Source: Thermoleophilia bacterium | Lineage (GTDB): Bacteria; Actinomycetota; Thermoleophilia; BMS3ABIN01 | Assembly (NCBI GenBank): GCA_014859345.1 | Contig: JACUUL010000003.1 | Coordinates: forward strand, 4,460-68,459 | Length of the DNA: 64,000 nucleotides | Direction of reading: 5' to 3' | Shown here: positions 35,667 through 43,845 of the stretch, in pieces | Layout: every line of letters starts with the position of its first letter | Position numbering within the stretch: position 1 is the stretch's first letter | The notes under the pieces: generated by a model | Told to the model about the DNA's origin: nothing | Seen by the model: only the letters and a program-made list of their open reading frames with translations | Databases searched by the model: none | Program-made: the position numbers and the translations under genes

Positions 35667-36869
35667 ATGAAACGACTCGGACTCCTCTATCTGGCTGCGC
35701 AGAATCTGAAACGCAAGCCTTTTCGCAGTTTCGTTACCATTGCCATCGTCGGCCTCGCTGCCGGAACCCTGTTTTCCGCGACCCTGCTGGTCAAGAGCGT
35801 CGACCGCAGCCTGGAGGTGGGCCTGGAGCGTCTGGGAGCCGACGTCATGGTGATGCCCGAGGGCTCCCAGGAGCCGGGCGAGGCGGCTCTGCTCACCGGC
35901 TCGCCCACCAGTTTTTACATGGAGGAATCCGTCCTGGACCAGGTGAGGGCCGTGCCAGGAGTCTCGCAGGCATCTCCCCAGCTCTTTATCGAAACACTGG
36001 TCTCTTCCCAGTGCTGCACTGGTTATTTGCAGCTGGTCGGTTACGAACCGGCCACCGATTTTGTGGTGGAGCCCTGGCTCAGGCAGAATCTGAACAGGCC
36101 GCTGGAAGAGGATGAGGTGGTGGTCGGCTCCCTCATCCTGGCCAACAAGGGCGAACACGTTCACTTCTATGGCAAGGACTTCAGCGTGGCCGGTGTGCTC
36201 GACACAACCGGAATGGGCGCCGACGAAAGCGTCTTTCTGAGACTTGATGACGCCTACGAGATGGCCGTGGAGTCCGCCGCCGTGGCAGACGACGAACTGC
36301 TGATAACTCCCGGACAGATCTCCTCGGTGCTGGTCAAGATTGATCGGGACACGAACAGTGATCTGGTGGCCCAGCGCATCCGCACCGGCGTCGCCGGAGT
36401 TTCTGTCATAACGGCCGACGACCTTTCCCGCAGCGTGACCGACCGGATCTCCGGCTTCAAGCGCGGGTTCATCGCGCTGGATGCCATCGTCTGGGTGATG
36501 TCTCTGCTGACAATCGCCGCTATCTTTTCCATGATTGTCAATGAGCGGCAGCGGGAGATCGGCCTCATCCGCGCCATGGGCGGCACCCGCAATTTCATCT
36601 TCAGGCTGATGCTGGCCGAGGCGCTGTTGCTTACCGCAATCGGCGGGGCTGCCGGCGTCTTCCTGGGCGGCTCCGCCCTGTTCATTTTCAAGACGGTAAT
36701 CACAAGCAGCCTGGGTATTCCGTACCTCTGGCCTCCGATGTGGTACTTTGGGTCTATGATAGGCGGTACGCTGATGCTGTCCGTGGCCACCGGAGCCATT
36801 GCGTCGCTGTATCCGGCCCTCAGCTCCAGCCGTCTGGAGCCCTATCTGGCCATCAGGCGGGGAGAGTAA
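35667..36869 (+). CDS. MacB/FtsX-type ABC transporter permease
   Basis: One N-terminal TM, a ~230-aa extracytoplasmic domain, then three C-terminal TMs with the FtsX-type segment ERQREIGLIRAMGGTR. Confidence 0.8.
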   Translation: MKRLGLLYLAAQNLKRKPFRSFVTIAIVGLAAGTLFSATLLVKSVDRSLEVGLERLGADVMVMPEGSQEPGEAALLTGSPTSFYMEESVLDQVRAVPGVSQASPQLFIETLVSSQCCTGYLQLVGYEPATDFVVEPWLRQNLNRPLEEDEVVVGSLILANKGEHVHFYGKDFSVAGVLDTTGMGADESVFLRLDDAYEMAVESAAVADDELLITPGQISSVLVKIDRDTNSDLVAQRIRTGVAGVSVITADDLSRSVTDRISGFKRGFIALDAIVWVMSLLTIAAIFSMIVNERQREIGLIRAMGGTRNFIFRLMLAEALLLTAIGGAAGVFLGGSALFIFKTVITSSLGIPYLWPPMWYFGSMIGGTLMLSVATGAIASLYPALSSSRLEPYLAIRRGE

Positions 36870-36872
36870 GAC

Positions 36873-37604
36873 TTGGCAACAGAACAGGAGACAATCACGA
36901 ACGTGGAAAAAGCCGGAGAGACCGAAGGCCCCGTGATAAACCTTAAGGACCTGAGCAAAACATACAAGGTAGGTCCCAACACCGTGCGCGCGGTGGAGAG
37001 CCTGAGCCTGGAAATACCACGCGGACAGATGGTGTCCATCGTCGGCCACTCCGGAAGCGGCAAGACCACCCTGCTGAGCCTGATCGGGGGCCTCACAAAG
37101 CCGAGTTCCGGCAGGGTTCTCCTGGAGGGAAACAATATCTGGAACCTGACAGACAAAGAACTTTCCCGCTTGAGAAACGAGAGGGTCGGCTTTGCCTTCC
37201 AGTTCGCCAGCCTCTTTCCTACGCTCAACGCCATCGACAACGTGCGGCTGCCGGCCACTTTTGGCAACAGCGGCGCAGCGGATGACGGAAACCGGGCCAT
37301 GGACCTGCTTGGGCTTGTGGGGCTGAAAAGCCGGGCTCATTCCTATCCCGCCATGCTCTCAGGTGGCGAACAGCGCCGGGTGGCCTTGGCCCGGACGCTC
37401 ATGAACCGGCCCCGGATAATCCTGGCCGACGAACCGAGCGGCGACCTTGACGAGGACACCGAGGCTGACATCCTGGAAATTTTCAAGCGCATAAACGAGG
37501 AGGGTGTCACCATAGTCATCGTCACCCATTCCCGCGCCGTCGCCTCACAGGCCCAGCGGATGCTCAGAATGCACCGCGGCCATCTTTTCGAGGAGCTGGA
37601 GTAA
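36873..37604 (+). CDS. MacB/LolD-type ABC transporter ATP-binding protein
   Basis: Walker A GHSGSGKTT, signature LSGGEQRRVALAR, Walker B IILADEPSGDLD. Probable TTG start. Confidence 0.85.
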   Translation: MATEQETITNVEKAGETEGPVINLKDLSKTYKVGPNTVRAVESLSLEIPRGQMVSIVGHSGSGKTTLLSLIGGLTKPSSGRVLLEGNNIWNLTDKELSRLRNERVGFAFQFASLFPTLNAIDNVRLPATFGNSGAADDGNRAMDLLGLVGLKSRAHSYPAMLSGGEQRRVALARTLMNRPRIILADEPSGDLDEDTEADILEIFKRINEEGVTIVIVTHSRAVASQAQRMLRMHRGHLFEELE

Positions 37605-37605
37605 C

Positions 37606-37944
37606 TTGCGGCTCCGGTCCGGTTTCGTAATTTCCCTGGCCACCCTGGCCGCGGCCGCCCTCCTGCTCATAGCCCTCCTGTTTATAGTCTCCTGTGGCGA
37701 AAACCGGGCCGGCCTCATCGACCAGGACCAGTACGAACGCATCCAAAGAGGCATGACCATGGACGAGGTAGAATCCATTACCGGCATCCCCACCCGGACC
37801 CACCGGACCGGGCCGGCAACTGATCCCAACATCATCTGGTACTTCGATAAGAAAGATGGCGAGGGTTTGATACGCATATCCTTCGTCGGAGGCAAAGTGG
37901 ATTCAGTGTCTCCCTTCGACCCCGGCGTGGAGCAGCAGGAATAG
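37606..37944 (+). CDS. small lipoprotein with BLIP/SmpA-OmlA-like (DUF3862-like) domain
   Basis: Signal peptide ending in lipobox IVSC, then YERIQRGMTMDEVESITGIP typical of the small BamE/DUF3862 fold. Starts 2 nt after the ATPase stop. Confidence 0.55.
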   Translation: MRLRSGFVISLATLAAAALLLIALLFIVSCGENRAGLIDQDQYERIQRGMTMDEVESITGIPTRTHRTGPATDPNIIWYFDKKDGEGLIRISFVGGKVDSVSPFDPGVEQQE

Positions 37945-38045
37945 AACCTGGGCAGCTTCGCCTCGTTTCACCGAAAACTCATTTCTTCCCGTTCATCATG
38001 ACTGATCCTGCATTTCAGCAGTCAGGAATTCCCCGGGCTTGACGT

Positions 38046-38093
38046 GGCATCTCACACAATGCCTGTGGCAAAAAACGCATCTGCGGCCGATGC
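38046..38093. promoter_or_regulatory. two dyad-symmetric elements, candidate enhancer (UAS) for the NtrC-type activator
   Basis: GGCAT-N8-ATGCC (38046-38063) and GCATC-N7-GATGC (38077-38093). Their centres are about 30 bp apart, and they lie about 125-170 bp upstream of the -24 element. Confidence 0.3.
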
Positions 38094-38217
38094 TGGGCAG
38101 CCCCTAAAAGTAAAACGCCTGAAAAAGATCTCTTTCTGGCTCCCGGCCGATAAAATCCCCTCCAAAATAGCCCTTTTTAAAATTTGGGCGCCAGCTCTGC
38201 CAGGAGAGATTCCCCAT

Positions 38218-38233
38218 TGGCACGCCAATTGCT
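38218..38233 (+). promoter_or_regulatory. sigma-54 (-24/-12) promoter
   Basis: TGGCACGCCAATTGCT matches TGGCACG-N4-TTGCW at every conserved position, with GG-N10-GC spacing. It lies about 45 bp upstream of the ATG at 38279. Confidence 0.8.
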
Positions 38234-38278
38234 GCATTACATGTGGATAACTGTATTCCCCTGATTTCAACGTCGACC

Positions 38279-39358
38279 ATGGTAAAACAGAATGGCGGTA
38301 TCATAATCCTGTTTTTCGGAGCTGCAGTCTTGCTGGCAGCAGGCTTGTTCCTGGGCGTCCCCACAGCCGACATCCACCCCGGCGACGGCCATGCAGCCGT
38401 GGCGCTGGGAAGCCCGCTGAAAATCAGCTCATCTCCCTTTGCCAGGATTGGAAAAATCGCCGTCTATGCCGACGGGCAGCTCCTGGACATGGAGTACAAC
38501 CTTGGAACCGGAGACCTCACCCGCGACCTGGAAATCCGTCCGGGTCAGCAGGTGCGCGTGGAAGCCAAGGTGGCTTCACTCATCGGCCTTACCCGGGAGT
38601 TCACCTCCACTTTCACCACCGTGCCGCCATTGAAGATCGAATCGATGCGGGTGGACGGAGTCCCGTACGCTCCCGGAGACAGGATTCCGCCGCAACCGAC
38701 CCTGGCGTTCTTCTTTAGCAAGCCGGTCATCGAGGCCGCGGTTTCGCTGGATGGCAGCGAACCCATCGAGCTGGAGATCGATCCAGACGACGCCACTCTG
38801 GCTACCTTTCACCCGGTCGTCTCTTACAGGCAAGGGGCTACCTATGTGCTGGACATCACCGCCACTGCGGTGGACACGGCCACGCTCGAGCCTCTTCAGG
38901 TCCGCGCCAGCGTGGTGCCGCCACTTTCCCTTTACGGCCGCGTCGAGGAGGGGGATGGCGGCGTCATCATCGAGCTGAACGCAAACACTCCCTTCGCCGA
39001 TCCGGAAGCTGTCATGGCGGCGCTGGAAACCAACCTGCCCGGCGCCGGCATTTCGGTAGAGAGGCAGAGGATAATCATCTCCTGCCCGGGCCTCGACCCT
39101 GGCAGCGAGTATGACATAAAGCTCGCCAGTGCCGACGGCGCCAACGGCAGCTTTCTGGAAGCTCCGCTGGCCATGACTCTGAGCTTTAAGGCACAGCCTG
39201 CCCCGAGTGCCGGCGGTTATGTCTCCACTGGCTTTTATACCGGTTATGTCTATAACGCGGGCGGACCGGGCACGGGAGCCTCCGTTGCCGCCCAGGCAGG
39301 CCCGGAATCGGGCCCGCCTCCGGGCTGGCCCGACTGCTGTCCCTGGCCGCCACAATAA
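38279..39358 (+). CDS. N-terminally anchored extracytoplasmic protein with Ig-like (SbsA/Big_5-like) modules and a Gly/Tyr-rich tail ending in CC
   Basis: TM anchor GGIIILFFGAAVLLAAGLFLG, beta-rich modules, and C-terminus ...GGYVSTGFYTGYVYNAGGPG...PPPGWPDCCPWPPQ. ATG at 38279 chosen because ORF start 38243 would sit on top of the promoter. Confidence 0.6.
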   Translation: MVKQNGGIIILFFGAAVLLAAGLFLGVPTADIHPGDGHAAVALGSPLKISSSPFARIGKIAVYADGQLLDMEYNLGTGDLTRDLEIRPGQQVRVEAKVASLIGLTREFTSTFTTVPPLKIESMRVDGVPYAPGDRIPPQPTLAFFFSKPVIEAAVSLDGSEPIELEIDPDDATLATFHPVVSYRQGATYVLDITATAVDTATLEPLQVRASVVPPLSLYGRVEEGDGGVIIELNANTPFADPEAVMAALETNLPGAGISVERQRIIISCPGLDPGSEYDIKLASADGANGSFLEAPLAMTLSFKAQPAPSAGGYVSTGFYTGYVYNAGGPGTGASVAAQAGPESGPPPGWPDCCPWPPQ

Positions 39359-39363
39359 ACACC

Positions 39364-41796
39364 GTGAACCAGTACCGGAAAAAACATAATTTTTATGCAG
39401 CTCTTCTGTCACTTTCATTGGCCCTGTCCATGCTGGCGGCTGTGGCTCCCGCTGCCTTGCTGGCGGAGAACAGCCAGTCGGCGGCGAGCGCCTACGGAGC
39501 GCCTGCCCAGCCCGCTTCCGGCGGCGGTTCCGGGGAACAGGCAGGCGCCTTCCCCGTCGCCGGCGGCGACCCCGCGCCAGCTCCCGCGGCGCCGATGTTC
39601 ATGGCGGCAGCCGCGACTCCACAGGCAGCGGACACGGTCGCTCCCGTGATAACCGGCCTGACGCCGCCGGACGGGACCGTCACCGGCCCCACCGTTTTCA
39701 TCAGCGCCAGCTACAGCGATCCGGAGCCGTCGAGCGGCATAAACACCGCCACCGCCATGATTCATATCGACGACAGGCATCAGTACGGCTGCACCATCAC
39801 CGGGTCCGGCATCTCTCTCCTGAAAACCGGGTTGTCGGAAGGCCCTCATAAAATTGAGGCATTTATCTGCGACAAAAATTACAACTGCGCCGTCTCCGCC
39901 TGGCACATCACCGTGGACGCCACCGGGCCGGTTATTTCCGGCAGCCAGCCCACCGGCACCATCAACAGCAAGGATACGGTCATTTCCTCCTTTTTTAGCG
40001 ATGAAGATGGCGCCGGAGTCGACCCCGACTCGGCCGAGGTTTTGGTTGACGGAGAGAACATCACGGCTGGCTGCCAGGTCACGGCCGGGGGCATCGCCTG
40101 CCCGGCCACCGGCCTGGGCAACGGGGAGCATCACGTCCGGGTCTCTGTCTCTGACCTCGTGGGCAACCGCTCGTCCGGCAGCTGGAGCTTCAGCGTCAAC
40201 ACCGCCGCCATCGGCGTAACCGGCCAGTATCCGGTTCCCGGCAGCTGGACCAGAAACAGCATGCCGGCTGTCGGAGCCATCTTCCAGCAAGCGGGAACGG
40301 GAATCATAGACGTGTCATCCATTACCCTGTTGATTGACGGAGTTGATGTCAGCACCACCGCGGAGCGCCATGCTGGCGGAGTCAGGTACACCCCTTCTCC
40401 TCAAGAGCTTGCCGAGGGGTGGCATGCGGTCAGCCTGACCGTCGGCGATGATGAGGGATACGTGGGCCAGAGCGAGTGGTCCTTTGCCATCGATACCATC
40501 GCGCCCGTGATCAGGAACGTGGCGCCGACGGGGCTTACCACCAGCCTGCCATCTGTCTCCGCGTCATACTCCGATGATGGCAGCGGCATGGACCTGGCCA
40601 GCATCGACCTCATCATCGATGGCTTGAATGTGACCGGCTCAGCGACTGTCACTGCGGACAGCATCACCTACGTACCGCACGAAAGCTTTGCTTCAGGGCC
40701 GCACAACGCTCAGCTGTCAGTCCGGGACCTGGCCGGCAATCTGCAGGTTTCTGCCTGGAGCTTCAGCGTTCCGGCGCAGGGGCCGGTCTTCCAGCCTCCT
40801 TTACGGCAAACGAACCCCGGCCCATCTGTAACTGCCGTTACTGAATACTGGCTGAGCTACATCAATTTGCCGTTTTCGAGCGGAGGAAGTTGGGTCCTCT
40901 CCGGCTTTCATACTTTCCCGGCCACGTACTTTCTGCCCTGGTACGGCGCGGACCCGGCCGCGGGTGTGGACGGGCAGGAGATCGTCATCACGAACCGGGG
41001 GGCGGGGGAAGCATCCGTTTACGTGCTGGTGAGCGGCGAGAACGTATGGGAAGAAAAACTGGCCGAGGGCGGGACATCCGTGTGCCGGCTACCCGGCATC
41101 TCAGGCGGCCCGGTCAAGATCATCAGCCCCACGGGGAACCAGCTGGAAGTGGTAAGCAGGACGGCCGCCCGCGGCGGCGTCAGCGAAAGTCCGGCGGTGG
41201 CGCAGGAGGACCTGGAGCCTGTTCTGCTGATGCCCTGGTTTGAATCGCTGCCGGCGAGCACCGGCAGATCGACTCTCATAGTTGCCAATGCGGGCAGCGA
41301 AGAAGCATTGGTCGAGTTATATGTCGGCGACCCGGCGCTTGCCGAATCTCTGCGGGGCAGCCTTACTATCGGACCCGAAGCGGCAGTCGAGACGGAACTG
41401 CCCGGCGTCAGGAGTGGTCCGGTCAGGATAGAAAGCACCAACGGCCAGCCTCTGACAGCGGTTTACCGGGAAACCGCTCCGGATTCCTACTACGAAGCTC
41501 TCGCCACCGGTTTCTCCCGGCTTAATGACAGCTACCGCCTCGAGCCGGGCTCCGGAGAGCCGGCCAGGGGAAGAAAGCTGGTGCTGGGCAACGGCAATGA
41601 CGTGGACAAGCGAGCCTTTGTCAGCATCGGCGGTGAGCCGCTTGATGATCCGGAAAACCCCGGTGAGGAATTCATCGTCGTGCCCCGCCACGGCGTCCGG
41701 ATTCTGGAAATCCCCGGAGATTTCTCCCGGCCTGTGCTGATCAAATGCGAGGATTGCAAGCTCGGCGAAGGCCTGTCTCCGGGATTCAGGCGCTAA
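39364..41796 (+). CDS. secreted 810-aa protein: about four Ig-like modules followed by three beta-sandwich repeats related to those of the amidase/SpoIID protein
   Basis: Signal peptide LLSLSLALSMLAAVAPAALLA. Repeated modules of the form D..AP.I....P.G......ISASYSD..SG.D..S....IDG..V........I.Y.P...L..G.H.....V.D.AGN.....WSFSV. C-terminal units FLPWYG...ITNRG...GGPVKI and LMPWFE...VANAG...SGPVRI. GTG start. Confidence 0.65.
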   Translation: MNQYRKKHNFYAALLSLSLALSMLAAVAPAALLAENSQSAASAYGAPAQPASGGGSGEQAGAFPVAGGDPAPAPAAPMFMAAAATPQAADTVAPVITGLTPPDGTVTGPTVFISASYSDPEPSSGINTATAMIHIDDRHQYGCTITGSGISLLKTGLSEGPHKIEAFICDKNYNCAVSAWHITVDATGPVISGSQPTGTINSKDTVISSFFSDEDGAGVDPDSAEVLVDGENITAGCQVTAGGIACPATGLGNGEHHVRVSVSDLVGNRSSGSWSFSVNTAAIGVTGQYPVPGSWTRNSMPAVGAIFQQAGTGIIDVSSITLLIDGVDVSTTAERHAGGVRYTPSPQELAEGWHAVSLTVGDDEGYVGQSEWSFAIDTIAPVIRNVAPTGLTTSLPSVSASYSDDGSGMDLASIDLIIDGLNVTGSATVTADSITYVPHESFASGPHNAQLSVRDLAGNLQVSAWSFSVPAQGPVFQPPLRQTNPGPSVTAVTEYWLSYINLPFSSGGSWVLSGFHTFPATYFLPWYGADPAAGVDGQEIVITNRGAGEASVYVLVSGENVWEEKLAEGGTSVCRLPGISGGPVKIISPTGNQLEVVSRTAARGGVSESPAVAQEDLEPVLLMPWFESLPASTGRSTLIVANAGSEEALVELYVGDPALAESLRGSLTIGPEAAVETELPGVRSGPVRIESTNGQPLTAVYRETAPDSYYEALATGFSRLNDSYRLEPGSGEPARGRKLVLGNGNDVDKRAFVSIGGEPLDDPENPGEEFIVVPRHGVRILEIPGDFSRPVLIKCEDCKLGEGLSPGFRR

Positions 41797-41857
41797 ATTT
41801 ACATGCTGCCGGCTCATGCCGCAAGGAACTTAAATCTGAACAGGAGGATGTGAGGGA

Positions 41858-43162
41858 ATGAAAGGAAACAGGCTTTTACTCAAGACGATTTTGCTGATCG
41901 CGGCGCTGGGAATCGCAGCTGCGTCTTTCACCGCCGCAGCCGGCGCCACCGACGATGTGACCCCACCGGTGGTCACCAGCGTCGTGCCTGCCGATGGCAG
42001 CACCATTTACACCAACGGTGATTCTACCATCTATTACCAGCTTGGCAATCCAACCCCCATGACCATCAGGGCCGAGTACAGTGACGAGCCCGGCGGCAGC
42101 GGCGTCGACACGGATAGCGTCATGGTCCATCTGGATATAGCCAACATGCTTTACGACTGTCCCGTCTGGACGGACGCCGAGATCGCCTGCAACGCGACCG
42201 CGGCCGACCTGGCTCCGGGGCTGCACCCGCTCGATATTTATGTTTTTGACCTGGCCGGCAACCCAACCGTGCATCGCACCTGGTTCACGGTTGCCGTCGA
42301 TGACGAGACGCCCTCTTATGCCAACTTGTCGCCGGCGGACGGCAGCATCATCTACACGTCCGAGCTGAACAGCGCCGGCAACAACGATATGGACGCCCTG
42401 CGCGTAGAATACGATGTCATCGATCCGGAGCCGTCCAGCGGCGTAAACCCGATGAGCCATGTCAATGACAGCTTTCCGCCCGGCGTGTCCGGCGCCATGA
42501 TCTCGAACACGTCCTGTGTGAAAAACCCCGACGCCGATAATCCGGTTCACTATTCGTGCCAGTTAAACAGGGCCAGGTTGCTTCAGCTGGGCGAAAACCA
42601 GCTCTCGGTCCTGCTAAAGGACAGGGTGGGCAACAACAACCACGAGGATCCCTCGAGCCTGAACACCTACACTGTGATTGACGACGTCGAGCCGGTTGTC
42701 AGCGACATCGCCGCGGACGAGACCGCCATCAGCGCCTCCTTCAGCGACCCGCTGCCTGACGGAGCCCTCTCCACCCTGCTGGCCAGCGGCATCGATACGG
42801 ATACCGCGAAGATTCTTGTCGACGACGCCATGATCACGGAAGGCTGCACGGCCACGGAGACGGGGATCAGCTGTCCCACGCCCACGGAGCTGCCTGACGG
42901 TACGTACGACATCGAGGTGATGGTTTCCGATAACGACGGAAACCAGGGCCTGGGCGCCGGCACGCTGAGCATCGGAGCGCCTTCCTGCACTCCGGGAAGC
43001 CCGGCCTGGGCCTGCGTCACTGGAACGCCTACTGGGCCTCACTGGCCGATTACGAGGCGAGGCTGCTTTCGGTGCCGTTCAGGGTCGTCAACTTCGGTGC
43101 TACCGCCGCCGCCGGTGTACAGTTCACTTCGAGCGCGCCCGGCGCCGGTGTCGAGCTGGTGA
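41858..43162 (+). CDS. secreted Ig-repeat protein, apparently frameshifted near 42994
   Basis: Signal peptide LLKTILLIAALGIAAASFTAAAGA, then about four modules of the same type as the 810-aa protein, each with a Cys pair. The last ~55 codons (PSCTPGSPAWACVTGTPTGPHWPITRRGCFRCRS...) look like out-of-frame translation. Confidence 0.6.
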   Translation: MKGNRLLLKTILLIAALGIAAASFTAAAGATDDVTPPVVTSVVPADGSTIYTNGDSTIYYQLGNPTPMTIRAEYSDEPGGSGVDTDSVMVHLDIANMLYDCPVWTDAEIACNATAADLAPGLHPLDIYVFDLAGNPTVHRTWFTVAVDDETPSYANLSPADGSIIYTSELNSAGNNDMDALRVEYDVIDPEPSSGVNPMSHVNDSFPPGVSGAMISNTSCVKNPDADNPVHYSCQLNRARLLQLGENQLSVLLKDRVGNNNHEDPSSLNTYTVIDDVEPVVSDIAADETAISASFSDPLPDGALSTLLASGIDTDTAKILVDDAMITEGCTATETGISCPTPTELPDGTYDIEVMVSDNDGNQGLGAGTLSIGAPSCTPGSPAWACVTGTPTGPHWPITRRGCFRCRSGSSTSVLPPPPVYSSLRARPAPVSSW

Positions 43163-43314
43163 CGCCGGTGCCGCATCCCGTGGGTGACATCCCGGCGGGA
43201 GATACGGCTGATGCCACCCTGGTATTCCAGGTGCCCCAGGGCACGGCCAGCTTTCGCACCGCCAACACCGCCAGCGCCGAGGATACTTGCGGCAATTTGT
43301 ATCAGTATCCGTAA
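43072..43314 (+). CDS. probable displaced C-terminal domain of the preceding gene, in a different frame (open from 42934)
   Basis: This frame reads ...KPGLGLRHWNAYWASLADYEARLLSVPFRVVNFGATAAAGVQFTSSAPGAGVELVTPVPHPVGDIPAGDTADATLVFQVPQGTASF..., a plausible beta-sandwich domain, and overlaps the implausible tail of 41858..43162. Confidence 0.5.
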   Translation: MPFRVVNFGATAAAGVQFTSSAPGAGVELVTPVPHPVGDIPAGDTADATLVFQVPQGTASFRTANTASAEDTCGNLYQYP

Positions 43315-43346
43315 ACAGGAGCTGACGAGACACAGGAGGAACAAGA

Positions 43347-43811
43347 ATGATGAGTAAACGCAATAGCATGGCAGCCGGAGCCGGTGTCGCCGCCCTGGGG
43401 GCGCTGGTCGCCGCCACCCCCAGATATCTCTTTCCGGTATGCGAATATTTCGGCGTGCGGATGGAAATGCAGGGCAGGACAGATCACATGCACTGTTTTT
43501 ACACCGCCAGAGCCTCGCTGATGATTGGATTGATCATCGGCCTCATAGGCATAGCCCTCTTCCTCTCCCGGAGGCCGGAGACCCGGCGCCTGCTCTCACT
43601 GGTCCTGGCAGGCTCTGCCGGCGCGGTCATTCTGGTCCCAACAGCCCTGTTTACCGTATGTCAAAACCCCGACATGCATTGTAACCACGGCACCGTGCCT
43701 CTGCTCATCGTTCTCGGGATCACCACTTTGCTCTTCTCGGGATGGTTGGGACTGACCTCCCGCGCGCCCGAATCCATGGAGGAGCCCTCCCTGGCCGAAG
43801 CACTGCGCTAG
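43347..43811 (+). CDS. DUF4418-like four-TM membrane protein with conserved cysteines
   Basis: Four hydrophobic segments and two Cys-containing loops (FPVCEYFG..M.M....HMHCFYTA and FTVCQNPDMHCNHG), matching my recollection of DUF4418 proteins. Confidence 0.5.
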   Translation: MMSKRNSMAAGAGVAALGALVAATPRYLFPVCEYFGVRMEMQGRTDHMHCFYTARASLMIGLIIGLIGIALFLSRRPETRRLLSLVLAGSAGAVILVPTALFTVCQNPDMHCNHGTVPLLIVLGITTLLFSGWLGLTSRAPESMEEPSLAEALR

Positions 43812-43845
43812 CCAGTAACCAAGATCCCATCATCCGGAGCCAGCA

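Noticed and set aside
38044-38270. Small ORFs 38044..38250 (+) and 38052..38270 (-) in the region upstream of the Ig-repeat operon
   Set aside because: They span the dyad elements and the sigma-54 promoter, have no start context or motifs, and the region is better explained as regulatory DNA.
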